Origin: Ignavibacteria bacterium
Lineage (GTDB): Bacteria > Bacteroidota > Ignavibacteria > Kapaibacteriales > Kapaibacteriaceae
Direction of reading: 5' to 3'
Assembly: GCA_947495975.1 (NCBI GenBank)
Contig: CANMBE010000004.1
Location: forward strand, 78,380 to 142,379
Length of the DNA stretch: 64,000 nucleotides
This document shows positions 9,662 to 20,084 of this stretch, one piece after another. The position numbers and the translations under genes were made by a program. The notes beneath the pieces were generated by a model. It made no database searches, was not told the DNA's origin, and saw nothing but the letters and a program-made list of their open reading frames with translations. The number at the start of each line of letters is the position of its first letter. Position 1 is the stretch's first letter.

Positions 9662-12600
9662 GATGTCAGATTTGGAGACAACCATCGCTCTGCTACTTCA
9701 ATGCTCCAACCTTTGCGCTTCGCGTAATCCACAACCTGGTCTGTACTGATTTTGTTGACCGCGAAGTACGACGATTGATGATGTGCAAAATACCATCCGC
9801 TTACACTTGAAGCAGGGTACATAGCATAGTTTTCTGTCAGTGATACACCAGTATGTACTTCCGCCTGAAGCATTGCAAACAGTGTAGGCTTCTCTGTGTG
9901 GTCCGGGCACGCGGGATACCCAGGAGCTGGGCGAATACCCTGATACGACTCATGCACAAGGTCGCTCGTTGTAAGCTCTTCGTTGGCTGCATAGCCCCAC
10001 AAATCCTTACGGACCTTTTGATGCAACCACTCTGCACATGCCTCAGCAAGTCTGTCTGCAATGGACTTTACCATAATCGAGGAATAGTCATCATTATCAG
10101 CCTCGTAAGCTCTACACAATTCGTCAACACCGATTCCTGCATTTACTACAAAGGCACCGATATGATCAGATACGCCATCAGGCAGCATGTCCTTCGTAGC
10201 AATGAAATCAGAAAGACATAGTTGAGGTAAACTGGGAGCCTTCACAGATTGCTGTCGAAGAAAATGCAGACGAGCGTGGTCCTTTACAACAACATCATCT
10301 CCATCGCGCATAGCTTCAAAGAGTCCGCAAACCGCACGTGCTGCAATGCTCTTTTTCTCTATGATCTCATCAAGAAGTGCATTGGCGTCTACAAACAACT
10401 TTGTGGCTTCAACCCCAAATGCAGCGTCTGAGAGTATTGCTGGGTAGCGTCCGCGCAATTCCCACGATAAAAAGAACGGCGTCCAGTCAATGAATTCTCG
10501 CAATTCCGTCAAGGCGATGTTTTCAAAGCTTGTTAATCCAAGCTTGTTTGGCGTGGTAGGAATGTGAAGTGGATCTAGAACCAGGCAGTTTTTGCGTGCG
10601 GCTTCGAGTGTGACGTAGTTCTTTGCGTCGCCACGCTTCGCATAATCAATGCGTACATGCTCATATTCGGCATGAATCTTTTCGATGAATGCCGGACGTT
10701 GGTCATCACTCAAAAATGAACCCACAACGGGCACGGCGCGCGAGGCATCCAACACATGTACCACGGGGAATGTTGCCGCAGGTGCGATCTTCACAGCTGT
10801 ATGTGTTCGTGATGTAGTAGCGCCTCCTATGAGGAGCGGCTTGTGAATTCCTCTTCGAACCATTTCTTTTGCAACATGAACCATCTCATCAAGCGACGGC
10901 GTTATTAGCCCAGACAGTCCAATAACATCAACATCCTCGCTCACTGCAGCGTCAAGAATTTTGTCTGCCGAGACCATTACTCCAAGGTCTACGATGCGAT
11001 AGTTATTGCAGGCCAGCACAACGCCAACAATGTTCTTACCAATGTCGTGCACGTCTCCCTTTACTGTAGCCATTAGCACAGTACCGGCATTCCTCTGTTC
11101 AACTCCCGTACGCCTCTTTTCTTCTTCCATGTACGGCGTAAGTATTGCAACGGCCTTCTTCATCACGCGGGCGCTCTTCACAACTTGAGGTAAGAACATT
11201 TTACCGGCACCAAAAAGATCGCCCACAACATTCATCCCCGCCATGAGCGGACCCTCGATGATGGAAAGGGGCGACGGAAGGGTTTGTCTTGCCTCTTCGA
11301 CGTCTACATCAATAAACTCGGTGATGCCTTTCACAAGTGCATGGCGAAGTCTAGACGTTACGTCGCCAGAGCGCCACTCTTCGTCTTTTACGGCTTCTTT
11401 GTCAGCACCTTTTACGGTTTCTGCGAAGGTCAAAAGACGCTCTGTTGCATCAGATCTACGATTCAATAGCACATCTTCTACGTGTTCGAGAAGATCCTTC
11501 GGGATTTCATCGTACACATCAATCTGACCGGCATTCACAATTCCCATATCCATGCCTGCTTGAATTGCATGGTATAAGAATGCTGTATGCATTGCACGGC
11601 GCACAGGCTCGTTTCCACGGAATGAGAACGAGATGTTACTCACTCCACCACTGATTTTTACATGTGGAAGGTGCCCCTTTATCCAATGTGTTGCGCGGAT
11701 GTAGTCCACTGCGTAATTGTTGTGCTCATCAATTCCAGTACCAACTGTTAGAATGTTGGGGTCGAAAATGATGTCTTGGGGCGGAAATCCCACAACAGTA
11801 GTAAGAATGCGATATGCTCGTTCGCAGATCTCAATTCGTCGCTCAAAATTATCGGCCTGACCCTCTTCATCAAAGGCCATGATGATGACTGCCGCGCCAT
11901 AGTCTCTACAAAGCTGCGCCTTGCGAATAAACTCTTCTTCTCCGTCTTTTAGAGATATGGAATTAACGATTCCCTTTCCCTGTATGCATTGTAGACCAGA
12001 TTCTAGAACCGACCATTTGGAAGAATCGATCATCACTGGCACACGAGAGATGTCGGGCTCTGCCGCAATGAGATTCAGAAAGGTGCGCATTGCCTTCTCA
12101 GAATCAAGAAGGCCTTCGTCCATATTCACGTCAATAATCTGCGCACCATTTTCAACTTGTTGCCTCGCAACATCAAGCGCTTTTTCATAATCATCGTCGA
12201 GGATAAGTTTCGCGAATGCTTTTGAACCAGTTACGTTGGTTCGTTCACCAACGTTTACAAAATTGGCTTCTGGCCGAAGCTCGAGAGCTTCGAGTCCACT
12301 TAGTCGCATGTAGAGGGGGCGCTGCGGTATCTGGCGCGGAGGCATGCCAGCAACTGCATCTGACATCGCACGGATGTGCTCTGGGGTAGTGCCGCAGCAA
12401 CCGCCAATAATGTTCAAGAAGCCAGATGTGGCATAGTCCCGAGCTTGCTCGGCCATGTAATCTGGCGTTTCATCATAGCCACCCATTGCATTGGGTAGGC
12501 CCGCATTGGGGTACAATGAAACAAATGCTGTAGCAACATTCGAGATCTCTTCGATGTATGGTCTCATCATCGACGAACCCAAGGCGCAGTTCAAGCCAAT

Positions 12601-13317
12601 GGATAGAAGATTCCGAGTATGTTGAACTGACGTCCAGAATGCTTCAGGCGTCTGACCCGAAAGAGTACGTCCGGACATATCCGTGATCGTACCACTGATC
12701 ATCACAGGAAGAGAAACCCCCTGCTCCACACATACGTCTGCATATGCCTTCAGCGCCGCCTTCACGTTCAACGTGTCGGTAACAGTTTCAAAGAGGAGCA
12801 GATCAACTCCTCCTTCTACAAGCCCAAGAATCTGTTCCTTGAATGAGTCGCGCATTTCATCAAATGAAACTGCACGAAAGCCTGGATCATTTACATCCGG
12901 AGACATCGACAACATCTTTGTTGTTGGTCCAATGGACCCAGCAACAAAGCGCGGTCTGTTGGGTGTGCGCCGTGTTACCTCATCAGCGGCTGATCGCGCA
13001 ATGCGTGCCCCTTCCCTACTGAGCTCGCGGGCAACGAATCCAAGATCGTATTCGGCTTGGCCTAACGTAGTGCCCGTAAAGGTGTTGGTCTCTATGATGT
13101 CTGCGCCTGCTTCCAGGTAGGCCACGTGAATAGAGCGAATGGCTTCTGGCTGTGTGAGAACCAGAAGATCATTGTTCCCCTTTAAGGATACGTTGTGATC
13201 TGAGAATCGAGATCCTCGATAATCTTCTTCGGTTAGGCGAAGACGCTGGATCATCGTGCCCATCGCACCATCCAGCATGAGAATCTTGTGCGCAAGCAGA
13301 GTACGAATGTCTGTCAT
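9658..13317 (-). CDS. metH: Cobalamin-dependent methionine synthase (5-methyltetrahydrofolate-homocysteine methyltransferase), full 4-module form
   Basis: 1219 aa. Hcy-binding N-terminus '[24 protein letters not shown]', pterin-binding, B12-binding '[11 protein letters not shown]' and AdoMet-reactivation domains are recognisable in order. Confidence 0.92.
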   Translation of the reverse strand: MTDIRTLLAHKILMLDGAMGTMIQRLRLTEEDYRGSRFSDHNVSLKGNNDLLVLTQPEAIRSIHVAYLEAGADIIETNTFTGTTLGQAEYDLGFVARELSREGARIARSAADEVTRRTPNRPRFVAGSIGPTTKMLSMSPDVNDPGFRAVSFDEMRDSFKEQILGLVEGGVDLLLFETVTDTLNVKAALKAYADVCVEQGVSLPVMISGTITDMSGRTLSGQTPEAFWTSVQHTRNLLSIGLNCALGSSMMRPYIEEISNVATAFVSLYPNAGLPNAMGGYDETPDYMAEQARDYATSGFLNIIGGCCGTTPEHIRAMSDAVAGMPPRQIPQRPLYMRLSGLEALELRPEANFVNVGERTNVTGSKAFAKLILDDDYEKALDVARQQVENGAQIIDVNMDEGLLDSEKAMRTFLNLIAAEPDISRVPVMIDSSKWSVLESGLQCIQGKGIVNSISLKDGEEEFIRKAQLCRDYGAAVIIMAFDEEGQADNFERRIEICERAYRILTTVVGFPPQDIIFDPNILTVGTGIDEHNNYAVDYIRATHWIKGHLPHVKISGGVSNISFSFRGNEPVRRAMHTAFLYHAIQAGMDMGIVNAGQIDVYDEIPKDLLEHVEDVLLNRRSDATERLLTFAETVKGADKEAVKDEEWRSGDVTSRLRHALVKGITEFIDVDVEEARQTLPSPLSIIEGPLMAGMNVVGDLFGAGKMFLPQVVKSARVMKKAVAILTPYMEEEKRRTGVEQRNAGTVLMATVKGDVHDIGKNIVGVVLACNNYRIVDLGVMVSADKILDAAVSEDVDVIGLSGLITPSLDEMVHVAKEMVRRGIHKPLLIGGATTSRTHTAVKIAPAATFPVVHVLDASRAVPVVGSFLSDDQRPAFIEKIHAEYEHVRIDYAKRGDAKNYVTLEAARKNCLVLDPLHIPTTPNKLGLTSFENIALTELREFIDWTPFFLSWELRGRYPAILSDAAFGVEATKLFVDANALLDEIIEKKSIAARAVCGLFEAMRDGDDVVVKDHARLHFLRQQSVKAPSLPQLCLSDFIATKDMLPDGVSDHIGAFVVNAGIGVDELCRAYEADNDDYSSIMVKSIADRLAEACAEWLHQKVRKDLWGYAANEELTTSDLVHESYQGIRPAPGYPACPDHTEKPTLFAMLQAEVHTGVSLTENYAMYPASSVSGWYFAHHQSSYFAVNKISTDQVVDYAKRKGWSIEVAERWLSPNLTS

Positions 13318-13338
13318 TAGGGCAAAGGTAAGGAGTAC

Positions 13339-14004
13339 TCAGAGTATCGTAACAGTGTGGCCGTCGATGACGAACGACAAGCGGTATTCGCGTACAGCTA
13401 ATATGAAGGTACCGTTCGGTGCAACTTCAATGCGGCGGTATGGATGTGGCATAGGGTCAGTGGACAGAATTCGTTCTGCGTGATCCCGCACATCCTGCGG
13501 AATCTCCCTGCTTGGATTGCTCCAGCAAATGGTATATGCCGGCTGTGTTGGCAGCTCATCCAGCCAACGAACGTTGCTCTCGGGAAACGCATCAGCGTAT
13601 GCCACGTATGGCTTGATGTCCAGCACTGGAGTACCGTGGAGCAGGTCCGTGCCAAGAACGTCTATCCGCCGCCCATGTACGCGCACAACTTCAACACACG
13701 TAAGTCCAATCGCATTTGGACGGTGCGGGGAGCGCGTTGCAAAAAGTCCCCGTTTTGTTCTATCGCGTGGAGTGAGGACAAGGGGCTTCCATCCCTGAGC
13801 GCGATCAAAAAAAGTAACGAGCCAAATTCGTTGGCATCCATCAACGTCTCGCAGTGCCTGCTCATAGTTGCAAGAAGGATACAGCTCAACACAAGCGTTA
13901 TCAATGCGCGAGTCTACCCGTGGCTGCCGAGGTGCATCGTATTTGTTAACGTATTGAGTGTGAACGATGCCAATGGGAGTAAAGGAAATCGGCTGGGCTA
14001 CCAC
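13339..14004 (-). CDS. trmO: tRNA (adenine37-N6)-methyltransferase TrmO/TsaA family
   Basis: 'PIGIVHTQY...PRQP...GLFATRSPHRPNAIGLTCVEV...GTPVLDIKPY' matches the TsaA/YaeB fold signature. Confidence 0.75.
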   Translation of the reverse strand: MVAQPISFTPIGIVHTQYVNKYDAPRQPRVDSRIDNACVELYPSCNYEQALRDVDGCQRIWLVTFFDRAQGWKPLVLTPRDRTKRGLFATRSPHRPNAIGLTCVEVVRVHGRRIDVLGTDLLHGTPVLDIKPYVAYADAFPESNVRWLDELPTQPAYTICWSNPSREIPQDVRDHAERILSTDPMPHPYRRIEVAPNGTFILAVREYRLSFVIDGHTVTIL

Positions 14005-14726
14005 GCGGAGCCAACCGAAAGCGAGAGGAAGACTCCGCCAAAGTTTGATATCGGCAGTGCTGCAAGACTCTCGAGACCTGGATCGCCAAAAGGTATCGTG
14101 TAGTAACGAATGTTAACGCCTATGAAGCTTCCTTTTCCAAGCGAACCAAAGGATGCACCAATACCAAACATTCCACCCATGCGAAAGTGCCAGGTACCAT
14201 GCCCAAACGACTCAAAAAACTCATAGAACCTACCTTGCTGCAGGTACGGCGTTTGTAGGATCGGAGTACCGGTAACCCCCGCAATCACAAACGGCCGAAA
14301 GGTCTCTTGAAGGGTAGCGCTAAAGAGTCGGTACTGCGCGCCAACAGTCACAGGAAACATAAAAAGTCGGTTTAGCTTATTGGCCACTATTGGAATGTAT
14401 CCATTATACCACACGCTTTCTACTTCATCAGCATTGCGCCGAGGTGTGATTGCGGCATGGCCGAATAGTGAGAATGTTTCAGAGAGTTTCTGAAGATAGA
14501 AGCCGCCCACGCCCCAACCACTGCCTGAGAATAAGAGATCTAGGCCTGCGGCTCTGTCAGCAACGGAGTTCGATGCGATCTCTTCCAATAAAGGCCGAGC
14601 TGGAGTGAAGATCATCGTTGAGTCTGTTGGTAAGGGCACTTCACCAGTGATCTGCCCATAAGCCGTCCCAGGGCTAAGAGCCCACAACAGCACGAGGCAC
14701 AACGCAGAGATGGTGATTGTAATTCT
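13998..14726 (-). CDS. Hypothetical outer-membrane beta-barrel-like protein (signal peptide, Gly/aromatic-rich)
   Basis: Start taken at the internal M 'MRITITISALCLVLLWALSPGTAYGQ' (signal peptide). Gly/Phe/Tyr-rich composition ending '...LSLSVGSAW'. The stop overlaps the trmO start by 7 nt. Confidence 0.5.
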   Translation of the reverse strand, partial: RITITISALCLVLLWALSPGTAYGQITGEVPLPTDSTMIFTPARPLLEEIASNSVADRAAGLDLLFSGSGWGVGGFYLQKLSETFSLFGHAAITPRRNADEVESVWYNGYIPIVANKLNRLFMFPVTVGAQYRLFSATLQETFRPFVIAGVTGTPILQTPYLQQGRFYEFFESFGHGTWHFRMGGMFGIGASFGSLGKGSFIGVNIRYYTIPFGDPGLESLAALPISNFGGVFLSLSVGSAW

Positions 14727-14824
14727 CATAAGCAAGGAAGGTCGTTCCAGAGTATCAAAGTTACACATCGAAGTTCGTGTGGATAACATTGGTAATCCGT
14801 TCAGGTTGCGTACTTTAGCCCTCT

Positions 14825-15703
14825 ATGCTCGTTCGTGAATTCCAGCGATTAGTTGATGCTGTCTTACCGCCAAAGGCAGCAATGTATGGAGATGCAATTG
14901 GGCTCCAGATAGCATCGAAGCATTCCACAGTAGCTCGCGTGTTGGTTTGCCTTGATGTAACCGAAGAGGTTGTACGTGAGGCAATTGATACAACATGCGA
15001 CACCATTTTAACGTTTCACCCGCTTATTTTTAGTCCTTTAGATCGACTTGATAGGTCAGATCGTGTATCACGATGCGTTAGCGACTGCATTGCTGCAGAC
15101 ATTTCCGTGATCAGCGTTCATACGTCATACGACGCCCTGCCACAAGGTACGAATCACATTCTTGCAACGAAACTAGGGCTTAGCCCTCTAACACCACTTG
15201 TGCCTAATGATGGCATTGCGGGCGGTATGGGGCTTCTTGCATCGTGTGCATTTACCTATAGTGAACTCTTAGAGCGTGTCTCTGACGTCTGCGGCGGTCC
15301 GGTCCGTCATTGCCCCTCGGAAAAAGCCGACGTTCGGTGGGTAGCCATTGTTGCTGGAAGTGGAATGCCCTTCTTCAATGACGCTGTCCGCCTGGAAGCC
15401 GATGTGTTCATAACCGCCGATGTAAAATATCATGCATTTCATGCAGCGCGTGGGGTGATTGGCCTCATGGACCCCGGTCATTTTGAAATGGAACAGTTCG
15501 TTCCAATCGGTTTGATCGAGCTGCTAAGCCCCACGATGCCATCCGTGTTGTTTGTGGAGAGTACGGTGATGACAAATCCTGTACAGTATTCCACTTCCCA
15601 AATGCAAAAAACAAAAACATTTTCTTCTTATCCGCAGGGATCTCATGGAACAGCAGATCAATCTCTTGGCACAACTAACGGTCGTGGACGGGCAGTTAGA
15701 TGA
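14825..15703 (+). CDS. Nif3-family dinuclear-metal-centre protein (GTP cyclohydrolase 1 type 2 homologue)
   Basis: N-terminus 'AAMYGDAIGLQIASKHSTVARVLVCLDVTEEVVREAI...TFHPLIF' and C-terminal 'FITADVKYHAFHAA' His motifs typical of NIF3/YqfO. The low-complexity C-terminal tail overlaps the next gene by 59 nt. Confidence 0.8.
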   Translation: MLVREFQRLVDAVLPPKAAMYGDAIGLQIASKHSTVARVLVCLDVTEEVVREAIDTTCDTILTFHPLIFSPLDRLDRSDRVSRCVSDCIAADISVISVHTSYDALPQGTNHILATKLGLSPLTPLVPNDGIAGGMGLLASCAFTYSELLERVSDVCGGPVRHCPSEKADVRWVAIVAGSGMPFFNDAVRLEADVFITADVKYHAFHAARGVIGLMDPGHFEMEQFVPIGLIELLSPTMPSVLFVESTVMTNPVQYSTSQMQKTKTFSSYPQGSHGTADQSLGTTNGRGRAVR

Positions 15704-16385
15704 ACTGCACTACGAATTAGGCGACCTACCACAAGTGGTGAAAAAGCTCGAAGCAATTATGCGAGAGAAACTCGCCGTTGCAGAGGTAACGCAGAAGTTA
15801 CTACACGATCTTGATCACATGCGCGGAACTGCGCATGTTACAAGCCAAGAAAGTGTTGACAGAGAGCAGAAGCTTTCGCAACAGCAGTTTCAGGTAAAGA
15901 ACAACCGCGAGTTTGACGCGATCACGAAGGAGATCGAGCACCTCAAAATTGAGCGCGCAGAACTTGAAGAGCGTGTGCGCACTTCCGGTGTGCGAGACGA
16001 AAATCTTAGGGCTACGCTTGCTGTTCAAGAGCAAGAGCTAACTGAGGCACGTTCTCAGCTGGCAGAGAAGGAAAAGGAGCTCCAAGAACTCTCGGGTGAT
16101 CAAAACGAGGAACTTCGCAAGTTCACTGGTATTCGTTTACGACTGAGCTCGCATATTAATGACACAATTGAGACTGAGTATGAGCGCATTCGTACATTTC
16201 ATCCGAACGCTGCTGTTCCTCTTCGCAAAAACTCATGCAGTGGTTGTTACTCAGCTATCCCGTCGCAGCGAATCATGGAAATGAAATACCGTCGCGACAA
16301 AATGTACACGTGTGAAAATTGTGGCCGTATCCTCTTTACAGAAGATGTTTCCATTGATTTAGAAAAGATTCTCGCAGAGGCTTAA
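15645..16385 (+). CDS. Zinc-ribbon domain protein (COG1579-type coiled-coil + C4 zinc ribbon) usually found beside Nif3
   Basis: N-terminus 'MEQQINLLAQLTVVDGQLDEL', long coiled-coil, and C-terminal 'CSGCYSAIP...YTCENCGRIL' zinc ribbon. Confidence 0.75.
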   Translation: MEQQINLLAQLTVVDGQLDELHYELGDLPQVVKKLEAIMREKLAVAEVTQKLLHDLDHMRGTAHVTSQESVDREQKLSQQQFQVKNNREFDAITKEIEHLKIERAELEERVRTSGVRDENLRATLAVQEQELTEARSQLAEKEKELQELSGDQNEELRKFTGIRLRLSSHINDTIETEYERIRTFHPNAAVPLRKNSCSGCYSAIPSQRIMEMKYRRDKMYTCENCGRILFTEDVSIDLEKILAEA

Positions 16386-16389
16386 AGTA

Positions 16390-16856
16390 GATCGATCACC
16401 GGGGGACTCCGGGCGATTGCCTCGAACACGCCCGGCGTGACGAGGAGGAAAGTCCGAACTCCATAGAACAGCACGCTTCTTAACTGGAAGGTGTTAAGCC
16501 CCTTCCCTTCACTGGGTAAGGGGCGAGGCAACGGAAAGTGCAACAGAAAGAAACCGCCGATGGCTGTACTTCGGTGCAGCACAGGTAAGGGTGAAATGGC
16601 AGGGTAAGAGCCTACCAGCGGCTGGGTGACCAGCCGGCTCGGCAAACCCCGTGCGGAGCAAGATCAAGCAGAGATGGAGGCGCTTCGGCGCTGGATGGTT
16701 GTTCGCCCCTTCCGCTTCGGCGGTGCCATCTCGGGTAGATCGCTTGAGACCCTTGGCAACAGAGGTCCTAGAGAAATGATCGCCTCCTTCGGTTCGCCGG
16801 AGAAGACAGAATTCGGCTTATAGGAGTCTCCCAGTGACCGATCATACTCAGCCTGT
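16390..16856 (+). ncRNA. rnpB: RNase P RNA, bacterial type A
   Basis: Universal motifs read directly: 'GAGGAAAGTCCGAACTCCA', 'ACAGAAAGAAACCGCC', 'GGTAAGGGTGAAATGGCAGGGTAAGAGCCTACCAGC', 'GGCAAACCCCGTGCGGAGCAAGATCAAGC', 'ACAGAATTCGGCTTATAGG'. The 5' 'GATCGATCACCGGGGGACTC' pairs with the 3' 'GAGTCTCCCAGTGACCGATC' as the P1 helix. Confidence 0.85.
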
Positions 16857-17045
16857 CTATCAGATTCCTATCATCGGGTCTAGAGGACCGGATCTGGCAG
16901 GAAAAGATCTCAGCTCTAGAATTTGGCTTTCGCTACCTTTCAGGCGTTGGGCAACAAATCATGGAAGATGCTAACCAAGGCAACTGGGACCTGGCTAGAT
17001 AATCATCGTCTCAACCGAATCATTGACGAGAGAAATGAACCACCT

Positions 17046-17537
17046 ATGACTACACATCGAATAATTGGCCTGCTCGTATTCATTACAGTTGCCTTAGCAC
17101 CAGGGTTTGCGCAGCAGCGCATTGCGGTGCTGCCGTTTCGCAACATGGATCACGACATCAAATACAATGTGTGGTCTATTGAAATGGCTGATTCGCTCCA
17201 TAAAGCATTATTGGCCACGCCGGGGCACGGTGTAGACTTTGTGCTCGTGCCTTCCGATAGCATTGAACTCGCCATCGCAGAATTAAATCTCGATCCAATG
17301 AATCCACAGTATGAATCGGACATTTGGAAGGCAATTCGTTTGCTCAATGTCACAAAGGCTGTGCAAGGTAATTTTCAGTTGCGTGACGAACGCGTCCTCA
17401 TCAACTGCTACGTATATGACATGAGCACGATGTTGTCAGACAACGCTAATCAAGCCAAGGATCTGTTTAAATCGAAAACAACGTATTTAGAAACCATCCG
17501 GCCTATCGTAAAGCGCATCTATCCAGGCCTTAAATAA
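17046..17537 (+). CDS. Hypothetical secreted protein (signal peptide; 'IAVLPF' LpoB/CsgG-like fold suspected)
   Basis: Start at the internal M 'MTTHRIIGLLVFITVALAPGFAQQ', followed by 'RIAVLPFRNM'. No enzymatic motif. Confidence 0.5.
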   Translation: MTTHRIIGLLVFITVALAPGFAQQRIAVLPFRNMDHDIKYNVWSIEMADSLHKALLATPGHGVDFVLVPSDSIELAIAELNLDPMNPQYESDIWKAIRLLNVTKAVQGNFQLRDERVLINCYVYDMSTMLSDNANQAKDLFKSKTTYLETIRPIVKRIYPGLK

Positions 17538-17542
17538 TTGCA

Positions 17543-18427
17543 ATGAGCATACAAATTGAATTACCTGTAATCCAACCATCAGAATCCATGAGTGGGCGTA
17601 GACCTGAATGGCTGAAGGTTCGGGCCCCTGGCGGCGAAGAATATGCGCGCATTAAGAGCATGATGCGCTCCAAGGCACTGCATACAGTGTGCGAAGAAGC
17701 GCGTTGTCCAAACGTAACTGAGTGCTGGAATGCGGGTACCGCAACATTCATGATACATGGCGACACGTGTACGCGATCATGTGGTTTTTGTGCAGTGAAA
17801 ACAGGTCGCCCCCTTCCAGTAGATTTTGACGAGCCACGCCGCGTTGCCGAGGCTATTGCCGCAATGCAATTGAAGCACGCCGTCATCACATCTGTCAACC
17901 GAGATGAGCTAAAGGATGGTGGATCTGAGATCTGGGCTGAAACTATTCGCGCCACACGTGCGCTTTCGCCTGCTACAACAATAGAAGTGTTGGTGCCAGA
18001 CTTTAAGGGCAACATGGACAACCTACAACGCATCATTGACGAACGCCCAGACATCCTCAATCATAATACTGAAACTGTACCACGGCTTTACAAACATGTT
18101 CGGCCACAAGGTAGGATTCACTGGACGTTGGATGTGCTGAGAGAGGCAAAACGTCAGGGAATGCGCACAAAGACCGGTGTAATGCTCGGACTTGGTGAGA
18201 CACCCGCGGAGGTTCTCGATATCATGCGAGAACTTCGTGGTGTTGAGGTGGACGTTCTCACACTAGGCCAATATTTACAGCCTACAAAGAATCACCTGCC
18301 TGTGGACAGATATGTTCACCCAGATGAATTCAAGCACTATGAGACAGTTGGACTCGAGATGGGTTTTGCCATTGTTGAGTCTGGTCCACTCGTTCGAAGC
18401 TCGTATCACGCTGAACGTCACGTATGA
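17543..18427 (+). CDS. lipA: Lipoyl synthase (radical SAM)
   Basis: 'CEEARCPNVTECW' auxiliary cluster motif and 'CTRSCGFCAV' radical-SAM CxxxCxxC motif. Confidence 0.92.
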   Translation: MSIQIELPVIQPSESMSGRRPEWLKVRAPGGEEYARIKSMMRSKALHTVCEEARCPNVTECWNAGTATFMIHGDTCTRSCGFCAVKTGRPLPVDFDEPRRVAEAIAAMQLKHAVITSVNRDELKDGGSEIWAETIRATRALSPATTIEVLVPDFKGNMDNLQRIIDERPDILNHNTETVPRLYKHVRPQGRIHWTLDVLREAKRQGMRTKTGVMLGLGETPAEVLDIMRELRGVEVDVLTLGQYLQPTKNHLPVDRYVHPDEFKHYETVGLEMGFAIVESGPLVRSSYHAERHV

Positions 18428-19194
18428 TGCGGTATACGGTTCTTGGCAGCGGTACGTCCACCGGCGTACCATCCGTAGCATGCGAATGTTCGGTTTGCAC
18501 AAGCATAGATCCTAAGGACAAACGTCAGCGAACGTCTCTCTTGGTTCAGTCAGAATCAACAACAATCGTCATCGATACATCGTCGGATTTTCGGCAACAA
18601 ATGCTGACGAACAATGTGCTCCAGATAGACGCGGTAGTTTTTACCCATCATCATTTTGATCACATAGGTGGTTTTGATGACGTGCGACCCTATAATTTTC
18701 GAAGTGGGAGCCCCTTACCAGTATTCGCGTTGCAGGAAACTGTTGACGTTTTGCATTCCACATTTCCGTATGCATTTGGACTTGTGGAGTCAACCGGCGC
18801 GTCTACTCCCAACATCAACATTCACATCGTAGATGATGCCCCATTTACAATTGGCGATATCGAGATCATCCCAATACCAATGCGCCATGGCAAATCAATG
18901 CGCGTAAACGGGTATAGAATAGGTCAGCTTGCCTACTGCACCGACACCAACTATATACCCACGGCATCTTGCGACCTGTTACAAGGGCTCGATACACTTA
19001 TACTTGATGGTTTGCGATGGGAAGAGCACCCCACGCACTTCACCGTTGGCCAAGCTTTACAGGCAATTGACATCATCAAGCCACGCTGCGCATATCTCAC
19101 TCACATCGCACATCAAATTTCGCACCAACGCGATTCAGCAAAGCTGCCGAGCAACGTTCAGTTTGCGTTTGATGGTTTAACGATCACCCTGTAG
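18424..19194 (+). CDS. MBL-fold metallo-hydrolase (PhnP/RNase Z-like)
   Basis: 'FTHHHFDHIGG' metallo-beta-lactamase motif. Translationally coupled to lipA (4-nt overlap). Confidence 0.75.
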   Translation: MMRYTVLGSGTSTGVPSVACECSVCTSIDPKDKRQRTSLLVQSESTTIVIDTSSDFRQQMLTNNVLQIDAVVFTHHHFDHIGGFDDVRPYNFRSGSPLPVFALQETVDVLHSTFPYAFGLVESTGASTPNINIHIVDDAPFTIGDIEIIPIPMRHGKSMRVNGYRIGQLAYCTDTNYIPTASCDLLQGLDTLILDGLRWEEHPTHFTVGQALQAIDIIKPRCAYLTHIAHQISHQRDSAKLPSNVQFAFDGLTITL

Positions 19195-19196
19195 CC

Positions 19197-20084
19197 TCAA
19201 GGGCTTACGGGGTTGTCCATGTCTTCCATTGCATCATGCCAATACGCCCCTGAGGTGGCCTCGCTTGTTTCCTCTTCAATCGTAACGGCGGAGTCGCCCC
19301 CTTCTAGCAACAAAGCCAGCTGCTTTCTCAGGGTCTTGTGATCTGTCCGTATTGATGTTGACTCATCAAGATCAATCATTGTGGTCGTGGTCTTGAGCAA
19401 ATCGTCAATTTCCCTGAGCTTTGGTAGATCTGACAAGGAGTTTAGTCCGAAAATTCGGAGGAACTCTTCTGTTGTACCATAGAGAAGGGGCTTACCCAAA
19501 GATTCGGATCGTCCAACCATAGCAACAAGCTGCTTTTCTACGAGGGAATTCACAACCTCACCAGCATTCACCCCTCGTATAGCGTCAACTTCTGCCTTTG
19601 TAATTGGCTGACGATATGCAACGATGGCGATGGTTTCTAAGGCTGCTTGTGTCAGGCGCTTGCGATTCTTGGCTTTTAACAGCCTCTGCACAAGATGTCC
19701 GTGTTGCGGTGTTGTTGCAAACTGAAAACCGCCTGCAATTTTCACAATGCGAAACGGACGAGCAGTTCGTTCAAGGTCTTCATTAATCTCCTCCACAAGC
19801 TCATCGAAGTATCCGCTTGGCACATCAAATGTAGGTGCAACAACTTCAGGCACGGGCTGAGGTTGTTCACCATCGAGTGGCATTGGTTGCTGACCCGGAA
19901 TCTGTTGCGATGGATCTTCGAGAACAAGCACTCGTTGCAGCATGCGATTGGTAAGGGGCTCTTCGCACGCAAAGATCAATGCTTCGAGAGCCTTGATTTG
20001 TTCCGCACGATCGAGCGTAAAGAAGTACGGGAGCTCTCGCGTCTGGACAGCTCGTTGAAATTCTTCATGTTCCATTTCTGTCAT
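19197..20084 (-). CDS. scpB: Segregation and condensation protein B, with a proline-rich insert
   Basis: 'ALEALIFACEEPLT' and 'ETIAIVAYRQPITKAEVDAIRGVNAGEVVNSLVEKQLV' winged-helix motifs. Overlaps scpA by 4 nt. Confidence 0.8.
   Translation of the reverse strand: MTEMEHEEFQRAVQTRELPYFFTLDRAEQIKALEALIFACEEPLTNRMLQRVLVLEDPSQQIPGQQPMPLDGEQPQPVPEVVAPTFDVPSGYFDELVEEINEDLERTARPFRIVKIAGGFQFATTPQHGHLVQRLLKAKNRKRLTQAALETIAIVAYRQPITKAEVDAIRGVNAGEVVNSLVEKQLVAMVGRSESLGKPLLYGTTEEFLRIFGLNSLSDLPKLREIDDLLKTTTTMIDLDESTSIRTDHKTLRKQLALLLEGGDSAVTIEEETSEATSGAYWHDAMEDMDNPVSP

Noticed and set aside
13444-14103. 219-aa plus-strand ORF antisense to trmO, and similar long antisense ORFs inside metH, secA and the 1569-aa gene
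   Set aside because: They are opposite well-supported conserved genes and have no motifs. They are typical shadow ORFs of a mid-GC genome.
16382-16823. Two ORFs in the six-frame track (16382-16645 minus, 87 aa; 16626-16823 plus, 65 aa)
   Set aside because: They lie entirely within the RNase P RNA gene. The region is far better explained as rnpB.
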